Notes: generated from the sequence alone by a model not told the origin. DNA of 64,000 bases from Mytilus californianus (GCF_021869535.1 NW_026262712.1:23498001-23562000); one strand, 5' to 3'. Positions 1 to 12,414 are shown, counted from the first letter of the stretch. Translations and numbers: made by a program.

Positions 1-149
1 TTTTGTATATTTACCTTTCTCATTAGAGAAAAGGGACTTATATGAGTCACAGCAAATAAATTTGCAATCAGATTTATCAAACGACCATTTAATTAAATAG
101 GAAAATATTGTTTAATAAGATTGTGTGGAGGTGTAGTATAAAGAGTGGA

Positions 150-610
150 AAAGTCAAAACGAGCCAAAAGGACCATCAAAGGCACGTAATTTATTTGAAA
201 CATCCAAAGATGTTTTTACACTCCAAAAAATGGTTAATTCCACTATTTTCGTATGTGTTATTACAAAAATTAATGATAAGTTCTTTTATAGTAGTTAATG
301 AACTCGTTAAAAGCACTGAAAGATTAGTAGTAGAACACTTACTAGAGGCTAAGTGACTTTTTGCCAGATTTCTCCCGTTTACACCATTTTTTACAGTAGG
401 ATGAAAGAGCATCTGTAATAACCTGACGACACTCTTCTCAATTTATTTTCGACGGTGGAGGATATTTTGGTCCCTTTTTCAGAAAGTTTATAACCTCTCG
501 GTCTTGAAAGATAATGAGGTACCCTGTAATTACATGGCCATAGGGATTATATCTAAACTTTGATGTTTCACAGTCTGATGTCGAAGGACCATTATTTTCT
601 GTACTGACGT
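150..610 (-). mobile_element. Degenerate Penelope-like retroelement ORF, N-terminal/RT portion
   Basis: Minus strand reads CETSKFRYNPYGHVITG...FLKKGPKY, then LASSKCSTTNLSVLLTSSLTTIKELIINFCNNTYENSGINHF (ORF 191..412). These motifs are typical of mollusc PLE RTs; frameshifted. Confidence 0.7.
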
Positions 611-879
611 CTGAAGTAACTGAAAATTTAAACTTCTACTGAGTTTTTTATACGAATAAGAAATTATAGGTGGCTCTATCATTTGTCTATGTTATCAAAA
701 TATGGAGGTGTATAGTTTTGAACGGTATGTTTTGTCAAAAGCTGTAATAATACGTATACGCTCATATTTTGGACTGAAAAACGATATTATATCACACTCG
801 TTATAAATATTATGTAATTTACTAATTTGCATTTGACCCAGTTTGCATAATAATTGATGTCTATCATTGTTTTTAAATA

Positions 880-1330
880 TAGATAAAAATCATCAAGTGT
901 AAAATTTGAACGATTGTGATTTCGTTGATTGTGGTTAATGCGATTGTCATTGTCTTTTATCCACAATTGTCATGATGTCAATAGAGGAAGTTTTAGATAT
1001 GTTCCCTTGGCCAATGATATTGTCATTTAGACCTAGGGGATACCCTGTCTGTAGTCGTTTAATCCAAGACAGTTAGCCAATTTTATAGGAATCGTCAAAC
1101 TGTTTATGTAATTGTCCTGGTTGTTTCTGGACGGTTTGAAGTGGTTAGAATTTTATAAATTTAATATTGTGTTTGTGTTATTCTAAATTTTGGTAAATTA
1201 AACTTTTGAGTATCTTAGGTCTGCTAAAAGCGGTATAGATGTTCTTGTGTTCGTTTGAAAAATAGGCGTCCAGTTTGCCCTACATACTGAATACTGCATT
1301 TCGGTTTTGTTCAACTTTATTTGAACTGTG
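880..1330 (-). mobile_element. Degenerate PLE GIY-YIG endonuclease remnant
   Basis: Minus strand KPKCSIQYVGQTGRL...EH (about 1310-1230) and SWIKRLQTGYPLGLND (about 1070-1025); contains stops. Confidence 0.75.
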
Positions 1331-1349
1331 ATGAGATGCTAAAAGCTGT

Positions 1350-1470
1350 AAATTTTCTCATTAACAACATCTATAATGTACGTCTCGGCAATACATTTTA
1401 TCGAGAGGTTTAGGTATTCCTATTGGCACCAATTGCACCCTTTAATATCAGACTTGTTCCTGTTTTATTA
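1350..1470 (+). mobile_element. PLE RT fragment, opposite orientation to the adjacent GIY-YIG piece
   Basis: Plus strand ...NFLINNIY... GIPIGTNC(fs)PLISDLFL matches the PLE RT motif GIPMGTNCAPLLADLFL. Confidence 0.65.
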
Positions 1471-1928
1471 AAGGCAAAAATTAGTGATGATCTGTCTAAA
1501 TCCTCAAACATTGTTTAATCGGTACTTACATTGATTTTATTCTTGATAAGTTAAAACATAACTTGATATAATACACACACACGTTCTTTATGTGCCTGTC
1601 TCGAGTCAGAATCCGGTGGTTGTCGTCGGTTCATGTATGTCATTTGTTTTTCGTAAATTGTTTTGTTATAAACTAGGCTGTTAGTTCTTTCGTTTGAATA
1701 GTTTTAGATTTTGTCATGTCGGGGTCTTTAATTGATCACTGTACCATATTGGGTTTGTTCATCGTTAAAGAGCGTACGATGACATATAATTGCTTATATC
1801 TACGTCATTTGAACTCTGCTGGATAGTTGACTTATTGGCAATCAAACCACATCTCCTTACTTTCATAAAAAAGAGATGTGGGATGAACGTCAATTACAAT
1901 ACAGTTCATTCAGAGGCGGATTAAGGAA

Positions 1929-1961
1929 GGGGGGGGGGGGGGGTGGGGGGGGGGGGGGGGG
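1929..1961. repeat. Poly(G) tract; poly(C) tracts at 33008-33028 and 58454-58480
   Basis: Direct reading. Confidence 0.9.
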
Positions 1962-3994
1962 TGTGAAACTACATTTAAGGTTAAATCAAGACTTTTTATC
2001 CATTCCACTCCAAACTATGTCTAGTTTTGGGGCCCTAGTCACCCCTTTTTTTTAAATCCTGCATGGATCCGCATCAGTCATTATCATATACAGAAAGACA
2101 TTTAGAGGTAAAAAAATACCAGTCTAATACTGTCTGTGTCATATCAAGTTCTAAATCGCCCCAAGATGCGATTTTATTTCCAACGAGACAACCATCCACC
2201 AGAGAACACATACATTTCAACTGAAAGGTATATTAAAATGACCGTTCATTTTAAATGCTGGTAATGTCCTGTAATTGTTTTCGACTTTTTCAGCAATTTC
2301 AGGATTCTATCTAAAAGAGTGGCGTATGTTCGAAAGAAGAGAATCAGATAACATATTTTATTACTATGTAAATCAACAATATATTCTACAACCACAACAG
2401 GTCGGTATCTTAATGGAGACTTTCTTGAAATGCCAATGTCCTTCCCAGCAAATGACATATATCGATAACTTCTTGAACTGGGTATGCACACACCATGAAT
2501 TTCCAAAATAGGGATTGACATAGTCGCATTTATTATAACTAAAATTAAAAAATAAACGAAAAATTCACCGATTTACCCCCACAAGTCTTCGATCATAGAA
2601 AATTAAGCTTACTGTGATTTGGGTGTGCAATAATATTCATGTAAACTTTAATTCTCCAGTTTATGAAAGATGCCTTTTTTAAAGGATAACAATTTGTAAC
2701 TGTTATTGTCTTATGTGTATTTTATTTGATTGTACATTATTCGTTGTACTTTCTATAAGACGCATGTGTTGGTCCCCTTTCTGCAGTGATCACCCCGTTG
2801 TAGAAGGGTAGATCTTAATACATATATGTTACTTGGATGGAGAGTTGTCTCATTGGCACTCATACCACATCTTCCTATATCTATATATTTCCAAAATATT
2901 ATTACGGTGTGTTCTAATGATGTGCTGTTACACCCTTGTCCAATGTTATAGGAGAGGGCTGAGCGCTTAAAACATGTATAATCAAATCACATTTTAAGTT
3001 CCTATTCAACTGAGTCGGGAGCCTGTAATGCAGCGTTTTTTTTTTATTGTTTTTAGCATATTTGGGCTTGATTTTTTATTTTTAATTGTTTCGCAGGTCC
3101 TTTGTAGCTTACTATACAGTATGGGTTTATTTTTTGCTCATGGTTGAAGGCCGTTCTTTACCTTATTGCTGTTTATGTATATGTCCCTTGGTCCAAGGTG
3201 GACAGTTTTCTAATTTGCAATTATACCTAAGTAAAAAAATCGCGTACGTCCGACCAAGTGAGCCAAATCTGCTTTTCAGGTGTTAGACCACCAATTCAAA
3301 ATCCCTATCTATTCAACCAAATTTTTCACTGTTCACAGCTTTCTAAATATTTTACCTTAAGTTTAACTTCATAGAAACCAGATATATCCTGAATTGTACA
3401 TGCATCACCTTTCTACATGCCAATTTTCAACCCATGTTTAAAATCTTGTAGTAAAATACCAACGTTTCGAAGGTAACTACTACTAAAAATATTCCCTGGT
3501 TTTCTGGAAATCTTAAATAAGTATACTATAGAGCGCATTAATTCTCAATTTTTAATGAAAACTCATGGAAAAGTAAATTTTGGCTCAATATGGTCTAAAT
3601 ATATTTCTCTTTCATCAACAGTTTCATTTTTGCAAATTTGTTGGTTAGTTCAAGTAAACAATGACACCAAAAGCACTATTATTTGTCAGGGAAGGGCTAC
3701 TCTTACACCCTCAACAACCCAAACATTCGGCACCAGTCCTTTTATTTATATCTACCTTTTATACTTTTAGAGGAGATGCGACAGTTATCACTTATTACAT
3801 GAGGATCTCAAATCAAACGACATATCAATTCATAAGTCGTAAAATAGTGGTTGGGAAGATAATACTCCTTTGAGACGTAGCTTGATTAAAATTGACTGAA
3901 ACTTTCTGAGGGTGTAATGAACCTGTACAACTTGTCGATGTTTATAACAAACCTTTCTAAAATTGTCCGTTAATAAATTTGGAAATCATAAGAA

Positions 3995-4175
3995 ACTTAG
4001 GTTTCAACTCCCTTAGGCAAAGTTGACCGTTGATAAATTTGGCTATTTTTAGGTCCTTTTTGGCCAACTGTTACGTTCAAATGTTCGGCTTTGAGCATTC
4101 CTGGTGAAGGTAAATCCAGAAAAGCGTTTCGGACGCATACAATTTATAACGTGTTGTTTTCATTTTTTATCAGTT
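3995..4175 (+). repeat. Dispersed repeat with a degenerate minimal hammerhead-like motif; inverted family copy at about 15990-16215
   Basis: gcattc-CTGGTGA-aggtaaatcca-GAAA-agcgtttc-ggacgc (about 4095-4136). The flank ggtttcaactccctYaggcaaagttgacc is shared with the reverse complement of 16160-16200. Confidence 0.55.
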
Positions 4176-5632
4176 ACGAAGTGGAGCAGTAACAATAAAA
4201 ACATTTTTTTGGAGATACCGCCTACAAATAAAAGTCTTTGTGGTCGTTTGCGAAACAAAACCAGATAGCGAAAGGAAACAAATGTAACGAAAACAGGTTC
4301 CAAAGGCATTCCACGAAAATGGGGAAGACCTAATAAACAGAAGTATGGATATTTGGTTTTTCAGTCTGGAGAGAGAAAGACCTTAATTAAGAGAATATTT
4401 TTTTAAGCAATCAAGATTTATCTTAACATACGAATGAATTTTATCAACATCAACTCATTCTTACAAAATCAAATATGAAAAAGGAATATATCTCATTAAA
4501 GTATATGTATACCCCAAATATATTTTTTTCATATTTTAATAATATGCTTAAAGACAATATAACATTTGCACTGATACGAATGAAACAAAAAGCCTTCAAA
4601 CTCAGAAATTGCGCTTAAAGTCCTATGTGATAACCTAAAGCCTATTTTACATTTTACTAAAAAAAAGTCCTGAATATGACATGAAACACATTTTCAATTG
4701 ATATCTATAAATAATGCGGCTGTTCAGTTATCACATAAAACACGAATTTCGTAGATACTGCCTCGTCTTAAAATGAATATAAAAGATAATACGTTGCTTT
4801 AGTTTTGATAAAAATTTTGGTTCTTGGCAATGAATGTTTTTTCATAATTTTATGCGTATATACGCATGTTCCAAAATGTTTTAAAAACATGGACCCTCCT
4901 TAAGGATTTCTAATTTGTTTACATATTCTTAAATACAACATAACATTGTGATAAAAAGTAATGCATACACAGGATTGTATCATACTTGTGTGAATTTGAT
5001 TTAAAGAAAACTGGTCGTACATCTTTCCATGTGATACAGCAGCTTGTCTCCACTATATTATCATACCTTACAAGATAAACTTACTTAAGACATCTTGTCC
5101 ATGGACAGTGATATTTTCTAAATGGCCAGGCTACCCAGCATTTACCAAACCATGAGCCTATTTTAAAAATGGCTGTTTTTGCTGGACATACATCTAAATA
5201 ATTTGGCTGAATCTTAGGAACGTCTTTAATGCTTCAAAAATACAGGAATAGCATTAAAAGCATGAAATTACGATTGTTCTCTGTTCAAATTTTGATCAAA
5301 TTCTTTATCATGTATGATATTTCATTTTTTTTAGAATACCTAGACTATCTTTTTGATCATCTCTGAAAAAGACTATTCGTGTCGGTAATTCAAAGCGAAC
5401 TCCGAAAAGAAATATGTGTCATTATGAATATCTATATGCAGCCTGCGGTTTCTCAAGTTCTGTTTAATTTACTACGAGATTCAGAAGGGAAACTCGTGGC
5501 AAAATAACGTTAGTTTTTATGAAGATCGCAGAATGCTAAAACTGATTCAAGGTTTTTGTTATATATCCATTAAAACTTGAACATACATATACAATAAGAC
5601 ATACTTTTTATGACAGTGGCATTTAAACTGTT

Positions 5633-8600
5633 TCAGAGTCTCTGAGTAATCTGATGGGTGTTTAAGTGCACTCCTAGGCAACCTGTAGAGAAAAAAGAAC
5701 AACATATTAAACGATTCATTGGTGTTGCTATCCACTATATATATATATCCAAGTGCGCATACAGTTTTTGAAAACCACGAAACTTCAATGCCGTATTTGT
5801 ATGGACATTTTTCTCTGAATATACAAGGAAATTACCCTATGTAGTGTCACAGTGTAAACTTCACAAGATTTACTTGAAATACGCATAAAATAATTGTTTT
5901 CAAGGGAAAGTGAAGTGAAATTTTTCACTTTAAATTTACATAAATATTTGGATAAATGCTTACTATTGTATGGTTGACGGTTTGAATTGAGTTAAAAAAA
6001 AGAATATTTTTTTTCGGTAGTAAGGATTTAATTTTTTGGTGGAAATAACCTTCAAATTCCCAAGTGAGATTGCTCATTTGGGCTGAAATTCACATGTCAA
6101 TTTTCATGACAGTCAATGCATATACCCATCGTTGATGGCAATTGCTATGGATTTTCTCTGGCTATATACAGCGCTATACTCTCAGTAAATTTTAGTTTTA
6201 TTGATTATACCTTGAGGATCTATTCCATCTACTACACTAGATATGACCTTGGCATCACATGGTCTGTCACCGGTAAACGATTTTTAATGAAAGTAACAAG
6301 TTTTATTCATATTTCATCTTAACGCATCAATGGAAGTAAAACTAAAGCAAATTTGTTGAGTCTCCGTCAATTTCCAAGTTTAAAGAAGTGTCGAAGTTAC
6401 CAAGGAGGCTATCAAAAACCATAAGTGGCGAATATACAAAGGAGGCAATTGAAAGCCATATAAGTGTCTAAGATACAAAGGAGGCAATTGCAAACCATAA
6501 TTGGCAAAGACACCAAGGAGACAATCAAAGACCACAAGTAGACGAGATACCGAGAAGGCAATAAAAAACACAAGGGGCAAAGATACCAAGGAGGCAATTG
6601 AAAACCATAAGTGTCTAAGATACCAAGGAGGCAATCAAACCCTAAGTGGCGAAAATACCAAGGAGCCAATCAAAAACCACAAGTGGCAAAGAAACCAAGG
6701 AGGCAATCAAAGACCATAAGTAGCGAAGATACCAATGAGGCAATCAAAGACCACAAGTAGCGAAGATACCAAGGAGGCAATCAAAGACCACAAGTAGCGA
6801 AGATACCAAGGAGGCAATCAAAGACCATAAGTAGCGAAGATACCAATGAGGCAATCAAAGACCACAAGTAGCGAAGATACCAAGGAGGCAATCAAAGACC
6901 ACAAGTAGCGAAGATACCAAGGAGGCAATCAAAGACCACAAGTAGCGAAGATACCAAGGAGGCAATCAAAGACCACAAGTAGCGAAGATACCAAGGAGAC
7001 TAATTAAAACAACAAGTAGCGAAGATACCAAGGAGGCAACCAAAGACCACAAGTAGCGAAGATACCAAGGAGGCAATCAAAGACCACAAGTAGCGAAGAT
7101 ACCAAGGAGGCAATCAAAGACCACAAGTAGCGAAGATACCAAGGAGGCAATCAAAGACCACAAGTAGCGAAGATACCAAGGAGGCAATCAAAGACCATAA
7201 GTAGCGAAGATACCAATGAGGCAATCAAAGACCACAAGTAGCGAAGATACCAAGGAGGCAATCAAAGACCACAAGTAGCGAAGATACCAAGGAGGCAATC
7301 AAAGACCACAAGTAGCGAAGATACCAAGGAGGCAATCAAAGACCACAAGTAGTGAAGATACCAAGGAGACTAATTAAAACAACAAGTAGCGAAGATACCA
7401 AGGAGGCAATCAAAGACCACAAGTAGCGAAGATACCAAGGAGGCAATCAAAGACCACAAGTAGCGAAGATACCAAGGAGACTAATTAAAACAACAAGTAG
7501 CGAAGATACCAAGGAGGCAACCAAAGACCACAAGTAGCGAAGATACCAAGGAGGCAATCAAAGACCACAAGTAGCGAAGATACCAAGGAGGCAATCAAAG
7601 ACCACAAGTAGCGAAGATACCAAGGAGGCAATCAAAGACCACAAGTAGCGAAGATACCAAGGAGGCAATCAAAGACCATAAGTAGCGAAGATACCAATGA
7701 GGCAATCAAAGACCACAAGTAGCGAAGATACCAAGGAGGCAATCAAAGACCACAAGTAGCGAAGATACCAAGGAGGCAATCAAAGACCACAAGTAGCGAA
7801 GATACCAAGGAGGCAATCAAAGACCACAAGTAGTGAAGATACCAAGGAGACTAATTAAAACAACAAGTAGCGAAGATACCAAGGAGGCAATCAAAGACCA
7901 CAAGTAGCGAAGATACCAAGGAGGCAATCAAAGACCACAAGTAGCGAAGATACCAAGGAGACTTATTAAAACAACAAGTAGCGAAGATACCAAGGAGGCA
8001 ATCAAAGACCACAAGTAGCGAAGATACCAAGGAGGCAATCAAAGACCACAAGTAGCGAAGATACCAAGGAGGCAATCAAAGACCACAAGTAGCGAAGATA
8101 CCAAGGAGGCAATCAAAGACCACAAGTAGCGAAAGGCAATCAAAGACCACAAGTAGTGAAGATACCAAGGAGACTAATTAAAACAACAAGTAGCGAAGAT
8201 ACCAAGGAGGCAATCAAAGACCACAAGTAGCGAAGATACCAAGGAGGCAATCAAAGACCACAAGTAGCGAAGATACCAAGGAGGAAATCAAAGACCACAA
8301 GTAGCGAAGATACCAAGGAAACAACCAAAAAACCTCCTATCAAGAAGGATCAGTAACAAACATTTGAAAGCCGACGCGCAACTTAAATTAATATTTGAAA
8401 TATGTACAATCAAGCAAAACTCGCTAGAAACATGATAATTTTAGGAGTTTTTTTTTATGATAATTGATTGTCATGTAGTGAAGTAACACCTAAGTAAAAT
8501 TTTACAGCCTAGAAAATATATACGAACAATATTTTGATCAATCTAAAAGGCATTACTAATATATGATGCGATTTTGTGGAATGAAAGTTAGAGAGAGAGA

Positions 8601-9983
8601 TTACAGTTAAGTAGTAGCTGGTATTATAAAATAATGATAAATTCTTGTGTCCTTTAGAGAATGAGATACTGGTGGTATCTGTTTGATAGTTTCTGTTAAA
8701 CGTCTCTAAACTAACACGATTATGATTTTTTAACATTTTGCATATTCTAACGTTGATGACGGTATGTTGACTGAGGTCGTTGCTTTGCTATATCATTGAC
8801 GTTTACCCAACTTTTTCTTTGGTTTATAGTATTATCGACAGTGAAAATGTTGCCACTGTCTCTTAGATGATGTTTTTTTCTTTCTTTTTTGGGCGAAGGT
8901 GGTTAGAAATTTGTACGAATGAAAGGTAATATGTAGAAAAATGTATATTTCAATGAGACAGCAACTCATAGACACACACAAAAAAAGGTTTCGGTCGTAT
9001 AATAGATCAACTACATATTTATATATTTGTCAGTTCCGATATCTATTTTATGAAGAATAGGATGTTTGCAATTGTTCGGAGAAAAGTGATTAAACAAAGT
9101 TGATTTTAACAAATATCACTACAAAAGAAAAGCATACCAACCTTAGTCTATTTTCAGGCTTTTCACCGGAACTTGGAGGTTCTGTATCATCGGTTTTGTT
9201 GACTTTAGAACTAGACCTTGGGCATTTTTTCGATGTTTGTTGTGCCTCTACCAGTGTTTGCACACAGAACAACAGAACTATTGCAAAGACTACCAACTTC
9301 TACAAAAATATACACTCGCATTTGAATCGTACATTTCTTCAGTCAATTTTAAGACAGATTTTCATAAACTATAATCGAATATTACATAAAATGTCCATTG
9401 TCAAACGCAAAAAAGCAACAATAAACAAATAAAAAATCATTAAAAAAATTTAGCAACTAACAAAAGTGTATCCTGAAAAAGGTGAAATTATGTTTTTATG
9501 ATGTAAAATGATAATATGGTTACTGACTTCGTTTAGGTGAACAAAATACAACACAGCGTCGAAATAAGCATAAGATCATATCGTTGTTAGCCGTAATACG
9601 TTTATTTTTGACGATTCTCACTACCAACTAGATGACAAATTGGTTAATGCCCCAAAAACGAAGTCGGTGACTCTATGAATATTTGATATCAATCAAACGG
9701 AAATTTATATATCAACTACATATCAATTTTTAAGAAAATTCTATGGATTTGTAATTGGACATTTGATGATTTTCACTGATGTTATGTGTTTCCTATACAC
9801 AAAATAAAAAATGCATCTATTTTAAAAGATTTAATTCAGTAAGATGTTAAGGACAAATAAATGCAATTTTTTTTAGATTTACAGTGATATACTGACGGAC
9901 TTTAAAAACGCAACACACATTGTGATGATTTTTTTTTACAAAATCATGATTGAACTCATATAACTACTATTCAGGCTTACCAT
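5633..9983 (-). CDS. Candidate 4-exon orphan secreted peptide, 87 aa. Exons 9983-9981 (ATG), 9299-9142, 6263-6211, 5682-5633. MKLVVFAIVLLFCVQTLVEAQQTSKKCPRSSSKVNKTDDTEPPSSGEKPENRLRPCDAKVISSVVDGIDPQGCLGVHLNTHQITQRL
   Basis: All introns are GT-AG with compatible phases (0, 2, 1): ATG|gtaagc; tttttgtag|AAG...TAAG|gttggt; gacag|ACC...CAAG|gtataa; ttttttctctacag|GT...TGA. Classic signal peptide ending VEA. No homolog recognised. Confidence 0.55.
6385..8320. repeat. 37-bp minisatellite (about 50 copies) with a 481-bp higher-order structure
   Basis: Monomer gataccaaggaggcaatcaaagaccacaagtagcgaa; diverged 5' edge; variant monomers recur 481 bp apart. Confidence 0.97.
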
Positions 9984-10359
9984 ACTTTTTTTTATTTAGA
10001 ATACTTCAATACCTGATGTACCTGAGGTAATTTTAAAAACATGCCGGATTATGAAAATCGCAAGAATTTCTCAAAGCGATATTTGAAACCCATAAATGAT
10101 TTTTTAAGATTTTTTTCTTCGTGAAACAATTCTTTCAATCCATACCAACATATAAATCAGTAAAAAAAATGTTGCATTTCTATATTGCCACAACTGAGCA
10201 ATGAACATCTTAATCAGGCCATAAGAAGATTGTAAGTAGGAATACGTGAACGTGATGTTGCTAGACAATTTCACGTCAGAAACTCCTCTGTTCTAACAAC
10301 AACGGTATAGACAGACGGGATTTGTTGATGACCAACCATGACCAGATCAATATAGACCA

Positions 10360-11260
10360 GATAGGCCCTTTATTATTTCTTTTATATATTAATGATCTCC
10401 CACTTCAACTAAATCATACAAAGCCTGATTTGTATGCGGATGACACAACACTTAAATACTCTTCAAATTCCGTTGATGATATATGTGATAAACTAAATGA
10501 CGAAATAGCAACTTTTAAAATATGGTGTGAAAATAATGATATGATTTTAAATATTAAAAAATCCAAATCTATGTTGGTTGGATCACACAGGAAGCTTCAA
10601 AGCATACAAGAAACATTGAAGATAGAATACAGTGGAATTCTTTTACAAAATGTAAACAGTGAAAAATTACTTGGCATTTTAATCGATGATTGTCTTTCAT
10701 GGAATCAACAAATAAACAAAGTATGTACTGTAATTTCAACTAGACTAGGTTTACTAAATCGATTGAAGCATTATATCCCACAAAAAGGTTTTTATTTATT
10801 TTATAATGGATATGTACTTCCTCTCTTTGATTATTGCTGTACAATAATGACAGAAACAAGTAATTCAAATATGGAAAAAAATGTTAAAATTACAAAAAGG
10901 GCAGCCAGAATCATTCTTAACAAAGCATATGAAACACCGTCAAAAACTTTATTCAATCAATTAGGATGGTTAACTTTTCAAAAAAGAATCATATATCACA
11001 AAGGAGTATTATGTATAAGTCTGTAAATAGTATTGCACCTGATTATCTGTGTCAAGTATTTAACAATAACCAGAATGCCAATGCAAGATATTCTTTGCGT
11101 TCATCGGACAATAATTGTCTTTTTATACCAAGTCCGAGAACAAATTTTATGAAAAAGACATTTCAATATTCCGGTACTGTTCTTTGGAACAGTATTCCTA
11201 TAGAAATAAAAAAAAAATAGAAAAGATAAACAGTTCAAACAAAGGTATCATAATTTCTTG
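10360..11260 (+). mobile_element. 5'-truncated non-LTR retrotransposon (CR1/L2-group) RT, 3' half, frameshifted
   Basis: GPLLFLLYINDLP...LYADDTTL...LNIKKSKSM...EKLLGILID..LSWNQQI (ORF 10322..11026), continued by YSLR...FQYSGTVLWNSIP (10966..11220). Confidence 0.92.
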
Positions 11261-11620
11261 TTTTTAGAACAAAAAGGCAGCTAATTATCAGATTCATAAA
11301 CAAACATGTAAAACCAACCAAATAATGATTATCACAGAAATTTATCTATAGTCTAAAAATCCATATATTTGTCTTGTACATCATTAAGAACATATGTTCA
11401 TGAAACGTAACACTTAAAATCTTTATGTTTTCACCATTTGTTTTGCATAAAAAGTTGTATATATATATATATATATACTTTTTTGGTCTTTTGGAAAATG
11501 TTGTTTGTGCTGTATTCAGACCCCTCTACCAAGAAATTTGTTTTGCATGCACACGTATAAAAATTGCGGTTTTTATCCAACGCAATCATAGGTTTGAACG
11601 TTGTTTTCAATTTAGACTTG

Positions 11621-11623
<3 letters not shown>

Positions 11624-11665
<42 letters not shown>
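11624..11665. repeat. (TA)n microsatellite; others at 11458-11477 (TA) and 12412-12470 (ATT)
   Basis: Direct reading. Confidence 0.95.
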
Positions 11666-11669
<4 letters not shown>

Positions 11670-11689
11670 TCTATAAGAATCTGCCAACC

Positions 11690-12320
11690 AGTAAACTTAA
11701 TAGGTATTGGATCATCAAAGTTGACAATACTACACAAACAGGGAAAATTATATGAGTCTAAAAGATTGTGTAACAATACCGATAAATAGATGGAAAACAA
11801 AACACTAAAAAGTGTTGAATATCATCGCACAAAGATGGAAAAACTGAACAGATGATATAAATTATACAATAATTGCAAATATTTCGGCTCAACAAATGGC
11901 CTTCCTCAGTGTTAAAAGTTTCAACAATACTGATATATAATGTATAAGGTGTAAACATAGATCAGTTATAATACAGGTAAGTTTTGGTCGATTGATTTTA
12001 ATCCAAAATCCTGAATATCATAATATAAGCATTAGACTGTAAATTTAATTATTTCTTTCTATTGATTCCATCTGGATGGAGGACACCCAGTGTTTTTATC
12101 CAAAACTTCTCCCGATTCTCTCTTTGCCTATTTTGCCATGTACAATCCTGTTCGATCACAAGGATCTTCATGTGATCAAAATCTTTCAGATTGTGATCTG
12201 GTAATCTGAAGTGTTGGCTGACAGGAATGTGCGGTTTTTTTGTGAGGTCACTCCTGTGGCCATTAAGGCGTTTGTGAAATGGCTGCATAGATTCACCAAC
12301 ATATTGGAGACCATATATAT
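11690..12320 (-). mobile_element. Penelope-like element 3' fragment: GIY-YIG endonuclease plus 3' flank
   Basis: GLQYVGESMQPFHKRLNGHRSD...VSQHF..PDH...REKFWIKTLGVLHPDGINRKK (ORF 12049..12288 plus upstream codons). Confidence 0.9.
11841..11920 (-). ncRNA. Putative type I hammerhead ribozyme in the PLE 3' region
   Basis: Minus strand: aaca-CTGAGGA-a-ggc(ca tttgt tg a)gcc-GAAA-t...-aTC-tgtt. Core CUGANGA/GAAA/UH is intact; stem I aaca/tgtt, stem II ggc/gcc; stem III is weak. Confidence 0.55.
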
Positions 12321-12414
12321 ATATATTATATTATTATATTTTAAGTTATTCAGAGGGCATCAGGGGAGATTAGTATTGTACTAACTGATTTTACCCTCTT
12401 TAAATAAAGTATTT

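Noticed and set aside
6380-8320. CRISPR-like regular 37-bp repeats, and the ORFs called across them
   Set aside because: Monomers are directly adjacent with no unique spacers, there are no cas genes, and the context is eukaryotic. The ORFs are satellite translations.
9100-9432. 110-aa plus-strand ORF
   Set aside because: Antisense shadow of the minus-strand signal-peptide exon; no recognisable features.
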